Shown here: one piece after another, positions 13,260 to 26,903 of the stretch | Layout: every line of letters begins with the position of its first letter | How positions within the stretch are numbered: position 1 is the stretch's first letter | Origin: the human T2T-CHM13v2.0 reference genome, Homo sapiens | DNA: 64,000 bases | Assembly (NCBI GenBank): GCA_009914755.4 | Contig: CP068257.2 | Coordinates: 25,984,001 to 26,048,000, forward strand | Direction: 5' to 3' | Program-made: the position numbers and the translations under genes | The notes under the pieces: generated by a model | What the model saw: only the letters and a program-made list of their open reading frames with translations | Told to the model about the DNA's origin: nothing | The model's database searches: none

Positions 13260-13840
13260 AGGAGGCAATATCATGTTTTATAGTTTCACAGATCTCCCAA
13301 CGGAGAATAATTTTGCCCCAGAGTGGATAATAGTGAACGCCCTAACCATGACTAATTTAGATAAATTAGATTACAAGATTTGGGCCTTCCATGATAATGA
13401 GACCTATATCCTAATTTCTGGAACCTGTGAATATGTTGTGTGTAAAGTACGAGACTCTGGGGATATTAAGTTAAGGATCTGGAGATGGAGAGATTATTCT
13501 GGATTATTTGGGTAGACCCAATGTAATCATGAAGGTCCTACAAAAGGGAGGCAGGGGTGTAAGAATCAGAAAAGACCATGTGATTGAAGATTGGAACTGA
13601 AAGAGAGAGAGTGATTAGCAGATATTTGCTGTTGGCTTTGAAGATATAAGATAGGCCACTTCTACAAGTCAAGGATGCAGAAAGTATCTAGAAGCTAGAA
13701 AAGGCAAGGAAACAAATTTTTCTGTAAAACCTTTAAAAGGAATGCAGTTCTATTGATCAATTTTAGACTTCTAACCTCCAGAACTGCATGATAATGCATT
13801 TGTATTATTTTAAGACGTTAAGTTGTGGCTTCCCCTTCCT
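13260..13840 (+). mobile_element. LTR-type interspersed repeat (MaLR/ERVL-like solo LTR; family uncertain), 3'-truncated
   Basis: …ggattattctggattatttgggtagacccaatgtaatcatgaaggtcctacaaaagggaggcaggggtgtaagaatcagaaaag…gctggaaaaggcaaggaaacaaatttttc…gacttctaacctccagaactgcatgataatgcatttgtattattttaag… matches the body of a common mammalian LTR consensus as remembered. Confidence 0.5.
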
Positions 13841-14848
13841 AACTCCACCCGTACTACCACAGCCACCTTGTCCCTCTCCCATTCTCCTACCTTAGGGTAG
13901 AAGGAATAGAGGAAAAATAAACAGAAACCAGAAATTTTAATGCAATATGAAAGATGTGTTTTATGGAGTTTTCAGAAACTTGAAACAATTCAATAGAGGG
14001 GTTTATCAGAGTTCTTAGATTGGGGCCCCATTGGTGTCTTTCCTTCATAGGATAGATGTAAACAGGGTGGACACTGGACCACACGGCAGTGTATTAAACT
14101 GGTGAGTGTCGTTCGGGGGCTCTATGTCCCATTCTGCAATGTAAGGAACCGCCATGTAAGTAGAAGGTTAAGTAATGCTGTCGGGTTTACCAGTCTGGCT
14201 AAAAGTCACAGTAGGAGATCCAGACACAGGTATCCTTCTGGAAAATACTTGAAGAGGAGGCTTTCTCAAAGCAAAAGTCTCCAGGCCAATACAAAGAAAT
14301 TTGTATTGTTTTAAATCATCAACTTTGTGGTAATATTTTACAATAGCAGTAGGGTGCTAATATATCATCCATACTATTAATCTAGGGTGAAAGCAACATA
14401 AAATTACCCTCAGATATAGCTAGATCCCAAAATTCATTTTATGTACTCTTTTTCTAGGAGGATCTTGAAGGACGTGTCTTCCAAACAGAGTATAGTTCCA
14501 AAGAAGACATGGTATCCCAGCAACCAAATGTACAACACAGGAGACAGATGAATTTCTCATTCTTGTAGGCTACCATTTCTTTTGGCTTATTACAAAACAA
14601 CAGGATGCTGCAGCTTTATCAAAGTCTACTTATTTGTCCACTAAAAGTTTATGGCTATACGTTTCCAACTAGAACATCTGAACACCAATATATGGAATTC
14701 TGACAAAGTTAAAACCAGGAAGAGATCCTATGAAGGCTGACATTTTGTACATCTGTTTTATAGAACAATAAAAATAAGAAGAACAAGAATAAGAACAGCA
14801 ACAACATTTGCAGTGAGTCTGCTCTCTATCAATGAGTTAAATTCTTTA

Positions 14849-14878
14849 ACACACACATACGCACACACACACACACAA
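14849..14878. repeat. (CA)n microsatellite
   Basis: acacacatacgcacacacacacacacaaaa. Confidence 0.9.
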
Positions 14879-17633
14879 AATGGGTTTGATATCATTTGGT
14901 TATTAATCACATGTATAGATAAGGAAACTAGATTTAGAAAAGTGACATAACATGCCAATGTCATTATATTATTGAAAAAAGAAATTCAATGAGAATTGAT
15001 GTATTTCTATTTATAATTTAGGGCTATTGTGCCAGCTTCATACTAGAAACCACCAACTCTTATCACACAGGAAAAAAAAATCCAGTTTTACTTAAAGAAT
15101 AAGGAAAAGACAGAATTAGCCACAAAATCAAATATCCCCATATGCCTAGCTGAAATCTCATTAGTGTCACAATCATTTTAAAAATTTAAAATAAGACCAC
15201 TCACCTGGAGGTAAAGAGCCAGAGCATATATTTACTTGCCATGAAAAATGTTTTTCTTATACATAGTGCCTAAGAAGTATGGGATTTTATTTCCTTTTTC
15301 ACAGCTGGAAAGGCTTAGTAACCAATTCACTTTTTGTAGTGTAATATCATCTGGTTTTAGGCAGTGCCAGAAAAGAAATGAAAAAACAATTGAGCAAAAT
15401 ATATGGCTTTAAATGAATGTAAACCATGTGCATGGGTTTCATATCAAATTCTGAAATGTTTTTTCAGTTTGAATGTGAAACTATCTAATAAGGACAACAT
15501 TCTAGCTAGAGATCAATTAACTTATTTGTGATATTGCTTTTATTTAAAAGAGTAAGCAAATATGGACTGGGTGTCTATTATGTACTTGTTTCTATGATAC
15601 CTTTCATTTATTTTATAATACTAGGACTAACAACAATGCTATAGCATCATTTGAAGCAAGTATCCTGACTTCTGTGGTAGTTGTCTTGAGGGCTTTTTTC
15701 CTAACATTTTAAGAGAAAACTGAGTTAGGAAGATGTATTCCATCCAAAATATTTAAGCGAACTGACCTCTATAAGATGATGGATGCCAATAAGCTAATGG
15801 ATACATTCATTCTCTTTTCAAAGAGACAAAATCTTTTTAAAAACATTTATTACTATTTTGGTGCAATTAGAGAGGCAAAAGTCTAATTACAAGTAAAACT
15901 AAGAACACCAGAGTGTTACGTGAAATAGGTTGATTATAATAAAGGTGTTCTGGAAAGTTATAAAAGAGCTGCTGCTTTTGCTTCCAAAGCTCTAAAATAT
16001 TTAATAAATTAGAAAGAAAACACATTAGTTAAGTGTTAATTTCACTCAATTGTTTATCCTTAATTTCAATTTCCAGGGGGAAATTATTACTTGGTTTACA
16101 CAGCAGGATTTTTTTTAACCATACAGAAGTTTCAGGAAATTATTTTATAGAAGTAACGTTTCGACTACTAGTGGAAGGTGGCAGGTTGAGGATAGGAATT
16201 TACCTCCTTCCCTCCCAATATCCTGTGGAAATGAAGAAAAACTCATTTTAAGGTGTGTAAATCCAAAACATAGTTCTGGAAAGCAAGAAAGAGTGCTATT
16301 AATTCATTGCACTAATTTTGAGGACTTTCCAGAGCATAACACTGATATTGGATTAAAGGAGCAACAGAGTAGGAACAGTATAACCCAAAACAAATGCAAG
16401 ATCATTGTATTGGAGAGAGTCATCCTTCCCATCTCTACTTTAGAGAAACTAAACTCTAAGTCAACATTCACAAAGAACAGGGAATGATCCTAGGGACATT
16501 TAAAGGCAGAACCTATAGAAGGTTCTATAAAGGCTTCCATAAAGTCTATAGAAGAATTTAGCCTAATGTAACTCCCCGTCCTGATCACCGGCTATACAGA
16601 TGAGTGAGATATTCTTTTGTCAACTGCTTTACTGACCTCTTCCCATATACCCAAGCTTTATATTAGAGTTCCACAGTGCTAGGTAATGTGCTGTTTATTA
16701 TTCTCTATCATCTCTCCAACTTGATTTAAACTTTCTGTATTGCTTAAGTATCATCTATCTCTTGAAGACTTCCATTTTTCAAGTTTCCAACTCATAGCTA
16801 GATTTGAAGTCTGATTGCCTACTGACATGCCTACTTTGATGTTTCAGGGCTTCTGTAGTGACTACTCATTGGTCAGGGTTCATTCACCCATTTTGTAGTA
16901 ACAATTCATCAATCACCCTTCAGAGAATCAGTAGTTTTCCAATCTTCCCATGTTGTTCAAATTAGGTTGATTTCTTTTCTGCTCCAAGCATCAACCTATA
17001 TTCCATATTTAGTCAATCACATGAATCAGTTCTGATCAATGAGAGACAAATAAGTGGTTTTTGCAAAAGATATTTAAAAAAAAGAAAACATTACTGGGGT
17101 GGACAAGGTGAAAATAATATAAGCATGGATTTTAAAGGGCACATGCATGCACACACACATACGAGGACACATATAGAGACACAGGGCCCAGTGTAGAGGG
17201 ACAAAGACAAAATTGTTACAAAACAATTTGAACCTCATCTTCTAATGTCTTCCTCACATTATCACATTTTTGTCACCTTTGAGATGTTGCCATGTAGTTG
17301 GATTTCTCTTTACCAGGAATGCTCTGTGATCTTGGTCTTTGCCTAGCTGTTTCCTTCTCAAACTTCAGGACTCAGTTTAAATACTAACTCAAGAGAGATT
17401 TTGCTCAACTATCACTCAAAATGGCACCATCAACATTCTCTATAAAGGCTAGAAGATGTGGCTGCTATATCACTGTGTAGTGGTTTCATTCATTTGTTTA
17501 TTTTTATTATCTGTCTTTTCCCTTGAAATTCAAGCTCCGAGTCAGTAGGCACCAAGTCTGTGCTGTTCCCTGTTATAGTCCTAGAAGCTAGATTAGTGAC
17601 TGGCACCTAGTGTGCTCACTAAATTTTTTTCTT

Positions 17634-17925
17634 TTTTTTTTTTGAGATGGAGTTTTGCTCTTGTTGCCCAGGCTGGAGTGCAATGGCGCCACCTCGGCTT
17701 AGATGTCAGCCTCCCGAGTAGCTGATTCTCCTGTGTCAGCCTCCCGAGTAGCTGGGATTACAAGCATGTGCCACCATGCCTCAGCTAATTTTGTACTTTT
17801 AGTAGAGATGCGGTTTCTCCATGTTGGTCAGACTGGTCTCAAACTCCTGACCTCAGGTGATCGGTCCACCTCGGCCTCCCAAAGTGCTGGGATGGGATTA
17901 CAGGCATGAGCCATCATGCCTGGCC
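17634..17925 (-). mobile_element. Alu SINE, minus strand, with target-site duplication and an internal ~31-bp duplication
   Basis: (t)n gagatggagttttgctcttgttgcccaggctggagtgcaatggcgcc…cctggcc. The flanking repeat is ctcactaaat (17624-17633) and tcactaaat (17926-17934). Internally, cagcctcccgagtagctg occurs twice in tandem (17700-17756). Confidence 0.93.
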
Positions 17926-19565
17926 TCACTAAATATTTTCTAATGAATGAATTAATTAATTAATGAATAAAAACAAAAATTGTATAACTACCAAAACTTC
18001 AGAAGTTGAAGAAAGAGTCCTGAAATTATAAGTACACTAAATTCCTCATCTTATATAAAAAGGACTTAATAAATATTGCATAAAATTGGTAAATTTAAAA
18101 AGGAAGGTATAATTATATCAATGTTAGGATAGCAAATAGCAGAATAATTTATACTGAAACTTAACAGGCTTCCTTTCAAATGTAGAACTTGATTAATCAT
18201 AGTGTTAGTCTGCATAGTTTGGTATTTTTTTAATATGTGTGACTAAGGGTGAAGGTAAAGGAAGGAGGCTTTTAAAATTAATTAGATATGCCTCTGCTTT
18301 ATTTATTGACTTTTTCACATGTATTTACTTTTTTCACATGTATTTACTACTCTAAATTACAACAATCTTCATATCAATTTAGTTTAATTCATAGAATAAA
18401 TTCAACTCAGCACTAAAATCTGAAGTATTCCCTATACTATAAACTGATAAGCTTGTTTGTTTTATAACATAAATGAAAATTACTTAAAATATCTTACTAA
18501 AATTTTAATAAAAATTCATAGAAGTTGGATAATAAATCAGTATAAAGTACAGCCATGTATTTTATGTCACTGTTTTCAAGACACTAGCATATCTAAGGAT
18601 GATCAATACTTTGGTCCTGCTCTAAGGAAGAAGAAAAACAGAAAAAAGCTGACATTCATTTAGAAGCTACCTGTATGTGGCCCTCTGCTATGTCCTTGTC
18701 CTTCATAAATTCACACAACAACCCTGAGAGAAGATTTTGTAGTGAAAGGGACATTCAGATATTGGGAAACTACTCTAAGTTTCTACAGTTAAACATGTAA
18801 CAAAACTAGGTTTCACTTTTTTTTTTTTTCTGGCCTATTCTATTTCCCTATAACATATTGTTTTTATTACAAAAACATGAACATTTTGAAAATTTGTATT
18901 TAAAAGCGTAAGATGCTTACTTTAAGGTTTATTTTCATTTTATGCTATTTCTATTTGTCATTTAAATATGTGATGTTTCTTTATACCTATGTTGCCCTAA
19001 CATAAAGTATATTTTGGAGAAAATACGTTATATATTTATGGAGGTAGGCAGGTATGTATGTGTTTATCCAATTTATTTGGAGTGAAGTTGAGCACATTCC
19101 TTAGTATTTTTTTTTCAGTGAAAAATGTAGGACTATCTTCAATGGTAAAAAGTGAAGAAAAACATTAGTGGTTTTTGAAACACAATGTTTCAACAAACAT
19201 GTAAGTGAAATGTACTTCGGGCAATGAGATTTGTTGATTGTGTGATATAGACAGATATTTGTGAAGATGGATTTGGCTTTGGTAAAGGGAAATTAATTTA
19301 TAATATTTAAAATAGAGTTATTACAACTGATTATTACAAAATAATTTGACTTTTTACTTATGCCAACACTCAGATTCTGAAGAAAGCTCAGCAACATTGT
19401 GCAATATCAATTCTTTCCTACTCTTTGCATAAATAACATTTTTTCCATGTGCAGGAAATTTGCAAATTTCCAAATGGAGGATTTGAATATACTCATACTC
19501 CACTAACTAAAAACAGTTATATGTTTTTCATGAGCCCTATAGCAATTCTTATATTGGAAGATGCA

Positions 19566-19945
19566 TATTGACCAGTGATGGTTTGGCTCTGTGTCCCTAC
19601 CCAAATCTCATCTTGAATTGTAATCACCATGCGTTGAGGGAGGGACATGTAATCCCCATGTGTGGAGGGAGGGTGTTGATTAAATCACCGGGGCAGTTTC
19701 CCCCATGCTGCTCTCATGATAGTGTGTGAGGTCTCAGGAGATCTGATGGTTTTATCAGTTTCTTGCATTCCCCTCTTACAATTCTATCTCCTGCTGCCAT
19801 ATGAAGGAGGTCCTTGCTTCCCTTTGCCTTCTGCCATAATTGCGAGTTTCCTGCAGCCTCCCCAGCTATGTGGAGCTGTGAGTCAATTAAACTTCCCTCC
19901 TTTATAAATTACCTAGTCTCTGGTGTGAGAATGAACTAATACAAC
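19566..19945 (+). mobile_element. MaLR-type solo LTR (THE1/MST-like), plus strand
   Basis: tgatggtttggctctgtgtccctacccaaatctcatcttgaattgtaat…cagtttcccccatgctgctctcatgatagtg…tttgccttctgccataattgcgag…tgtggagctgtgagtcaattaaac…tttataaattacctagtctc…gaatgaactaataca. The canonical TG…CA ends and landmark motifs of MaLR LTRs are present. Confidence 0.7.
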
Positions 19946-20340
19946 CACATAATCAAAAAGTCAAATCTGAAGGTCATGTTGAAAGAGATGCCACGGATTG
20001 TTTACCAAAAGCAAAAGAAAGGTAAAAATTAATCTGTCTGCTTCATGTATTTGTCCCCTAAGAGTGATATGGCTTTGAGATTTCCTCAATGAAAACATCC
20101 ATGTCATACTAATAAGGAAAAGTTATGTCTGAGTAAATTTAAATTATTATGTTTATTTAAATATTCAGATAACATTACTTTATATCACTAGTTAATATTA
20201 TTCAAAGTTTATTGATATTTAATTTCATATGGGATTGTCTTCAATAATTTGGAAAACTCTTCCAAATTTGACAATCTTCAAGTCTAAAGTTAGAGGTAAA
20301 GCAAATATGCGTGTAACTATGTAAAAATTATTTGAAAGCT

Positions 20341-20362
20341 AGTGTGTGTGTGTGTGCGTGTA
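20341..20362. repeat. (TG)n microsatellite
   Basis: gtgtgtgtgtgtgtgcgtgt. Confidence 0.85.
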
Positions 20363-20629
20363 TATTTGAATCATGAGGTTCTTTGACACTTACCTTTTAC
20401 AAAAAAATTTGTATTATTTAGTTTTTAGTTCAGATTCTGGGATTGAAGACTTCAGAATACTTACATTGAGCATGCTAGGTAATTATCCTTTATGTTAGAG
20501 ATATGGGTTGGAAGTCAGAAAAAAAAAACAGGGAGAGTAGAGGACAACATGTTCATTCAGCTCATGTTCTCTCTTTATAAATAAGCAATTGAATACTAAG
20601 TACCTTACAAATTACTTCTATTGTTTGCA

Positions 20630-20987
20630 TCCTGTTTTAGTCTGTTCTCACCCTGCTATTAAAAACATACCCAAGACTGGGTAATTTATAAAGGAAAGAG
20701 GTTTAATTGACTCATAGTTCCACATGGCTGGGAAGACCTCACAATCATGGTGGAAAGCGAATGAAGAGCAAAGTCATGTCTTACACAGCCGCAGGCAAGA
20801 GAGCTTGCGCAGGTGAACTCCCATGTATAAAACCATCAGATCTTGTGAGACTTATTCACTATCAGGAGAACAGTATGGGGGAGACTCCCCCATGATTCAA
20901 TTATCTCCACCTGGCCCCACCCTTGACATGTGGAGATTATTACCATTCAATGTGAGATTTGGATGGGGACACAGAGCCAAACCATAT
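20630..20987 (-). mobile_element. MaLR-type solo LTR (THE1/MST-like), minus strand
   Basis: The reverse complement reads atatggtttggctctgtgtccccatccaaatctcacattgaat…gattcaattatctcc… …gtaatttataaagg…; the matching + strand text includes ctgggtaatttataaaggaaagaggtttaattgactcatagttccacatggctgg. It is in inverted orientation relative to the LTR at 19566-19945, about 75% similar to it and probably a different subfamily. Confidence 0.7.
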
Positions 20988-21660
20988 TAGGTGTTCAAAG
21001 TAAATAAGCCCTGAGAAACTCAAATAAAACCATTGATTAACATTAAGTACTTGTTATTGAAACAAAACACACAGCTATCCTTTTATAATTAAGTAAATAT
21101 TTAATGTCTGTGTTTATGTAGAAATATACACTATGTTGTAAATTTATGTGCAGGATTTTTTTTTAATTCTTCAATTAATTTTATGCCTGAAATTTCAAAT
21201 CATAGTTTTAAAGCTGAAATAGGTAAATAGGTGCTGAAATTCATTATGTTGATTTATGCTGAGTACATGTCCCAGTTACCAACTATTGCATGACAAATAA
21301 AAGCAAACTTAGTGCTGTAAAGAATGACTACTTTATTGTGTACCCAGATTCTGTAGGTCAAGAATTCAGTGTGCCAGCAGGAATGGCTTGTTTCTGATTC
21401 ATGGTATCTGGTGACTTAACAGGCAAGATTTCAATTGCTAGGAGTAACTGCAACCTAGAATCATCTGGATACTTTTTCATATACATGTCTGACAAAACCA
21501 GATTGGGAGGATTCAAAGACCAGGCTCAGGTGGGGCTGTCAACTGAGGATCTACCCTGGCTCCTGTCACAATTCCATGTGATGTGAACCTCACTGAAGCA
21601 TGTCACATTACAATAGTTGGTCTTTCTATATGGAAGCTTAAGGCTCTACTGTGATCAGAA

Positions 21661-21986
21661 TGTTTGTACCCCCTCATAATTCATATGCTGAAATTCTCAC
21701 CTTCAAGGTGATGGTTAGGATGTGGGCCTTTGGGAAACTGATGAGGTCATGAAAGAGGAGCCCTCATAAATGGGATTTGTGCCTCTTTTCCCCTTCCCCC
21801 ATGTAAGGATATAGCAACAGGGCACCATCTATGAAAAAAGAAACAGGCCCTCAACAGACAAAATCTGTTGGCATCTTGATTTTGGACTTTCCAGCCTCTA
21901 TAAACATGAGGAATACATTTCTGTTGTTTATAAGCTGCCCAGTTTATGTTATTTTGTTATAGAAGCCTGAATGGACTAAGACAGGC
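21661..21986 (+). mobile_element. MaLR/ERVL-like solo LTR (MLT/MST-like; family uncertain)
   Basis: tgtttgtaccccctcataa…gatgaggtcatgaaagaggagccctcataaatgggatttgtgcc…ccatgtaagga…caccatctatgaaaaaagaaacaggccctcaacagacaaaatctgttggcatcttgattttggactttccagcctctataaa…tttctgttgtttataagctgcccagtttatgttattttgttatagaagcctgaatggactaagaca has a TG…CA structure and matches a common LTR consensus as remembered. Confidence 0.55.
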
Positions 21987-23872
21987 TTCTGAATGAAATG
22001 TTTCAATGAATACAGCAGAAGTTTCATGGCATTTTATGACATAGCTTAGGAAGTCAAATAGTATCTTCTGCTATATTTTATTGGTTATGACAGTCAATTC
22101 AAAGGAGAAGGATACATCCCTATGTCTTGCTGGAAGATTATCAAAGAATTTGTGGCCATGTTTTAAAATCACTAGAGTCGGCCTTCTGTTCACAAATGAT
22201 TTGCATTTCCTCCACATGCAAATTCACTTCTTTCCGAAACCCTCCCTCCTAAAGTCTCATTTCATTCCAGTATCATCAGGTTCAGACTCAAGGTTCAAAA
22301 TCTCAATCTCAATCAAGTCCAGGTGTCCATAATACTTCCCAGGTATAATTGCTCTTGATGCACAAAAAAAATGAAGTATCTTCCTCTCCTCACACCCAGC
22401 GTACAATGGTGAGAGAATCAAGGACAATGTAAAAGAAAAGACCTATCAGAATAATTGCATTTAATGTAAAGTTATTCAGTTATTTCTGCCATATGCAAAT
22501 TCCAATGATTATATTTTAATATGACCAATTTTGAAATGTAATTTTAAGTATTTCATACTTACAGATATCTACTCATCATCAGCATTGGCACATTATCAAT
22601 AAGATGTCATTATTTCAAAGTGGCAAAGGAAGATATTTTAAAACTGTATTCAATTTCCCAGAAACAAAAAGATGAAGACAAAAGCTAGATGATCAAACAG
22701 TTTTAAAAATATTGCCAATAGCTTAACAATATAAGACATGTGTGGAAGGGAAAACTTGCTGAAGCTTGAATTGTGTCTTCTGGGAAATAAAAGGGGCAAT
22801 GACTAATTGCCACAGGATATTGGCAATTGCAGATGCCAGGTTGTTTCACAAAAATAGGAAAAAAATAAAACTACCAATCTCAGATACTTTACTTCACAAA
22901 CTAAGAGCCAATTCCTTTGATCTTAAATATTATAATAATCACAATGTATCCCAAGGTAAAGAAAATAATACTATGCAGTGATCATGGAAGGATAAAAATA
23001 TTAGTAGGTATATGCTACGACACAAAGCCTTTGGTAGAAAACATTCTAATCTGGAAATCAATGACACAATGGCAAAATATTGCAATTCTGAGCAGGAAAT
23101 AAAGAAATGCTTTTTATTGTTCTTTAGTTCCAGAAATAATAACAATAGAAATAGGGTGATTATGTGGATTAAGTCAATCAAGATTTTTTTCTAGTCAGAT
23201 TGTATAAGTACTTGAACTATACAGAAATTAAAATACAAGGAAGACAAAACTTCATGGCCTGGAGTCTGTGAGAATCCTCTATTGACTCAAGTCTGGTGTT
23301 TGAATTAAACAAATCCCATCTGTTCCAGTTCTACTATCTTGAAGTCAATAAATTTTTATTCTAATATTTAAAGTTACAATATCAGACTCCATTTGATAAT
23401 ACCAGTATGTTTAAACTCTGGCCCATTTCCAACATTTTACATTACTCCATTGCTGTACTTACAACATCTGACTTGAGTACAACTATCTGATTTGGCTTGG
23501 TGTATATTTCACTGGTGTACTCACCTGCTCCCTTGATGATTCTAATAACACGGTCTCCAAAGAATGGACAGAAATTCCTGGAGAAAACAGTGTGCTCCTA
23601 AAAATTAAGTAGAATTTTCTTCCGGGTATTGCCCTGGCAAAAGGAGGTAAGAGAGGGGATTCCCTGACAGTGTACAGGAATTTCCACTGCATTTCCTCAG
23701 AAGTGCAGGGAAATCAGAAACTTCTAACAGTCATTCAAGAGTAGAGATAATTAAGGGGAATATAATAATTTACCAATTTTAAAAAGAGACATATTATATG
23801 GTTCATAGGACCTAGTAGTAATCAAGTTTAAAAAATCAGTACATAAATAACTTGAATATATCTACTTATATG

Positions 23873-23901
23873 TTATCTATCTATCTATCTATCTATCTAT
23901 G
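23873..23901. repeat. (TCTA/GATA)n tetranucleotide STR, about 7 copies
   Basis: tatctatctatctatctatctatctatc. Confidence 0.9.
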
Positions 23902-25429
23902 TAAACTTTATAATACCAGAGAACAGAAACTGATTTGTTTTTTATTAGTTTGTTTTCCCCCCGGAAACATTAATGGCATTGGAATGTACTCTGGTTTAGG
24001 CAACTAAGATGTTTCTGAAAAGGAATTGCTTAAATGAAATTACAGTAAATTATTTATTAAAGAGAAATTTAAAACAAGTTATATTCTATAAGTAAATAAT
24101 TCAGGTCTCATATGATGGTTTTAAAACAATATTTGGTTTTGTGTCTTAGGTTTTCTGGTAGTAAAACAATTTGATTAGATAGACGATAGACAGGTAGTTA
24201 TCATTAAACAGCACAGTATTTCAAATAAAGTTCCCCACAGTGAATATTAGCAGATTTTACCATATTATAAATTTTTCAAACATAATTATATGAACATTAA
24301 AACTAAAGATTATAAAGTGACAAGTATTGTAGTTCATGAAATTCTTTCCAGAACATGCCTGACTAGACAATAAGCACACACACTAAATATTCACTGTTGT
24401 AACTTAAGATGATAGCTTGTACACAAAAACATTGAAGAGTTTTGAGATAATTTTGAAAATACCTAAATAAGCAATATTTACATATTATGGCTCAGGGAAT
24501 AGATATTAACAAAAATTATCCTCTCTCAGGCCACTGTCTAGACCACAGGAAACCTGGTCAACAACATATGGGATGTCACCAGATTCAGACTCAGAAGTTT
24601 CCATAATGCCGTTGCCAACAGCTAGACACAGTGAGTCATGGGGGCCCCAGTAACCAAACTCTCATCACACACAGGCTGTTTAGATAGTGATGGAACTAAC
24701 ATGAAATAAAATCAGGCCAAATAACATCTTAAGGTTCTAAAGAAATATTTTAGATTCAACAGATCTTCTAAATTCAGCAGTATCCAGAAAGTTTTGCCAG
24801 AGCAAGAGAAGTATAATAAATTAGAAACAAGTTACTTTCCGCAACTCAGGTTGCTTTGAAAAAGAAATTATTACAAGAAAAGGATTTAATCTAGACAGTT
24901 ACAGGTAGTCACATCCATGTCAATATTTATATCTCTGTCTATATAGTAAGCTTGATATCTGTGTACATCAGTGAATAATAGTACCTACCTCAAATGAAAT
25001 TAAATAAAAAACAAATGAGATACCACAATTGAAGTTGATTAGCATGTTAGTTGTGTAAACAGTCACATGTGAGCACAAGTGTGCACACACTACTTTTATT
25101 GGGTCCTTATATTTCTTGGAAAAAAATTACATTTATATTTACCAGAGGAGCAGAGTTATAAAACATAGCAATATGCTATTCCACATACAACAATAAGCAT
25201 GTCTTGGAAGGCAAGCTAGATCAAAAACTGACGTATAAGATGGAGTTTAGAAATCAACTGTAATTATATGTCTGGAAAATTCATGCACTTTAGGGAAATC
25301 TAGCTCCTGCCAGCTTTATTTGTATGCTGTGATTTATCTTAAAGTAACGTCATGCCTCATGCCAGTGACTGATTCAACACATAACATTCTACAAGTCACA
25401 GGAGTCCATTCAGGAAGGAACGATATGTG

Positions 25430-25567
25430 ACTCACTCACTATCATGAGAACAGCAAGAGGGAATAATCACCATAATCAGCACCTCCCACCAGACCCCTCC
25501 TCCAATTCCACATGGAGGAAGAATTTGGGCAGGGACATAAATCCAAACCATATCAACCGTGCTTTTA
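25430..25567 (-). mobile_element. Partial MaLR LTR fragment, minus strand
   Basis: cactatcatgagaacagcaagagggaataatcacc…ccacatggaggaagaatttgggcagggacataaatccaaaccatatca is the reverse complement of the 5' third of a THE1/MST-type LTR. Confidence 0.5.
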
Positions 25568-26617
25568 CATAACCTACCTTTGTCACCCAGATTTTCAGTA
25601 AAACTTTCCCTCATTCATCACCAATGTGTTCAAGGCACTTCAGGGAGAAAAGTATTTCAATATATTATTTAGAAAGGGAAGAATAAGTTCAAAATACATG
25701 AACCTGATATGGATACTGGTCAGGAGAAAACAAACCCACTGGACAAACTTGGAAAGACAGGGGAGGTTTTTTGCACATGAGTGGGGACAATGTTTCATGA
25801 CTCGGATGAGCTGATGAGTTGGATGATGTTTCACAAGTTGGATGAGTAGGGAATAAACATAGCAGATCTAAGGAAACAGGAACACACTGCACATACAGTG
25901 TATGTGTAATTATGCACATACAGCAGCTGTAAAATGTAGTCTATCCAGTGGGAAATAAGATTCTTTAAATGTAAATATTCTCTAAAAGGCACGTTACTTA
26001 CCTGAAGTTTTTCTGATTTGAACATGTATGTTCTTAGTTGCAAGTATTGGTTGAGTCACATAGTTCATGTATAAGTGTATATAAGGGGTGTGAAATGGGG
26101 ATATAATAAACATAAGAAATGTATATAAATACTCTTCTCTATATGATAAAACTAAACATATTCCAATATACAATTCTTATGTACATCTAATATGGAAACA
26201 GTACAACAAAGATAATATAATATAGTCCACTCACTACTCACCAAAGAGATGGTGAGAATCCTAATCTAGAAGAACCAATAGAAAAATAATAGTGCGTTAT
26301 GCTCATCTTCTCTTTTTCGTATTATGTCCTCTGCTAATTCTTAAACTTTATAGCACTATCATTACATGTAATCTGCACATTTTATAGTTTTTACTATAAC
26401 TTACAGTTTGATTTTAGAGTTGAAAGGCACATAAATCATTTTAAGTAGAGTATTTACACAGATTTTATTTCTACCTACTATGAAGTGCAAAATGCCAATA
26501 GCATACTTTCCTGACTAACCGGGGGTAGCTTTTCTTTTATTCTTTGTCCCTGGAAATCACTCAGACACTGGTGTTCCATGAAGTACCTAGTTAGGGAGTG
26601 TACCTAGTTAGGGACTG

Positions 26618-26903
26618 TTCTCATGCTGCTAATAAAGATATAATTGAGAATGGGAAATTTATAAAGAAAAAGAGGTTTAATGGACTCACAGTTTCACATG
26701 GCTGAGGTGGCCTCAATCATGGCGGAAAATGAAGGAGGAGCAAAGGCACATCTTACATGGCAGCAAAGAGAGCATGTGCAAGGGAATTTCCCTTTATAAA
26801 ATCATCAGATCTCATGAGACTTAATCACTATCACAAGAACAGCATGGGAAAAACCTCCCCATGATTCAATTACCTCCTACTGGGTCCCTCCTACAACAGG
26901 TAC
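26618..26903 (-). mobile_element. MaLR LTR (THE1/MST-like), minus strand, truncated
   Basis: ctcatgctgctaataaagatataattgagaatgggaaatttataaagaaaaagaggtttaatggactcacagtttcacatggctgaggtggcctcaatcatggcggaaaatgaagg…tttataaaatcatcagatctcatgagacttaatcactatcacaagaacagcatggg…gattcaattacctcc. Confidence 0.65.

Noticed and set aside
14080-14240. Possible small RNA gene (tRNA/snRNA) suggested by the CpG-rich patch
   Set aside because: I found no cloverleaf-compatible tRNA structure or A/B box spacing, and no match to U1, U6, 5S, 7SK or Y RNA sequences from memory. It is left as an unexplained observation, not a feature.
19566-20987. Inverted LTR pair as the termini of a single DNA transposon or provirus
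   Set aside because: Proviral LTRs are in direct orientation, and the two copies are only about 75% identical with different internal structure. Independent solo LTRs are the simpler explanation.
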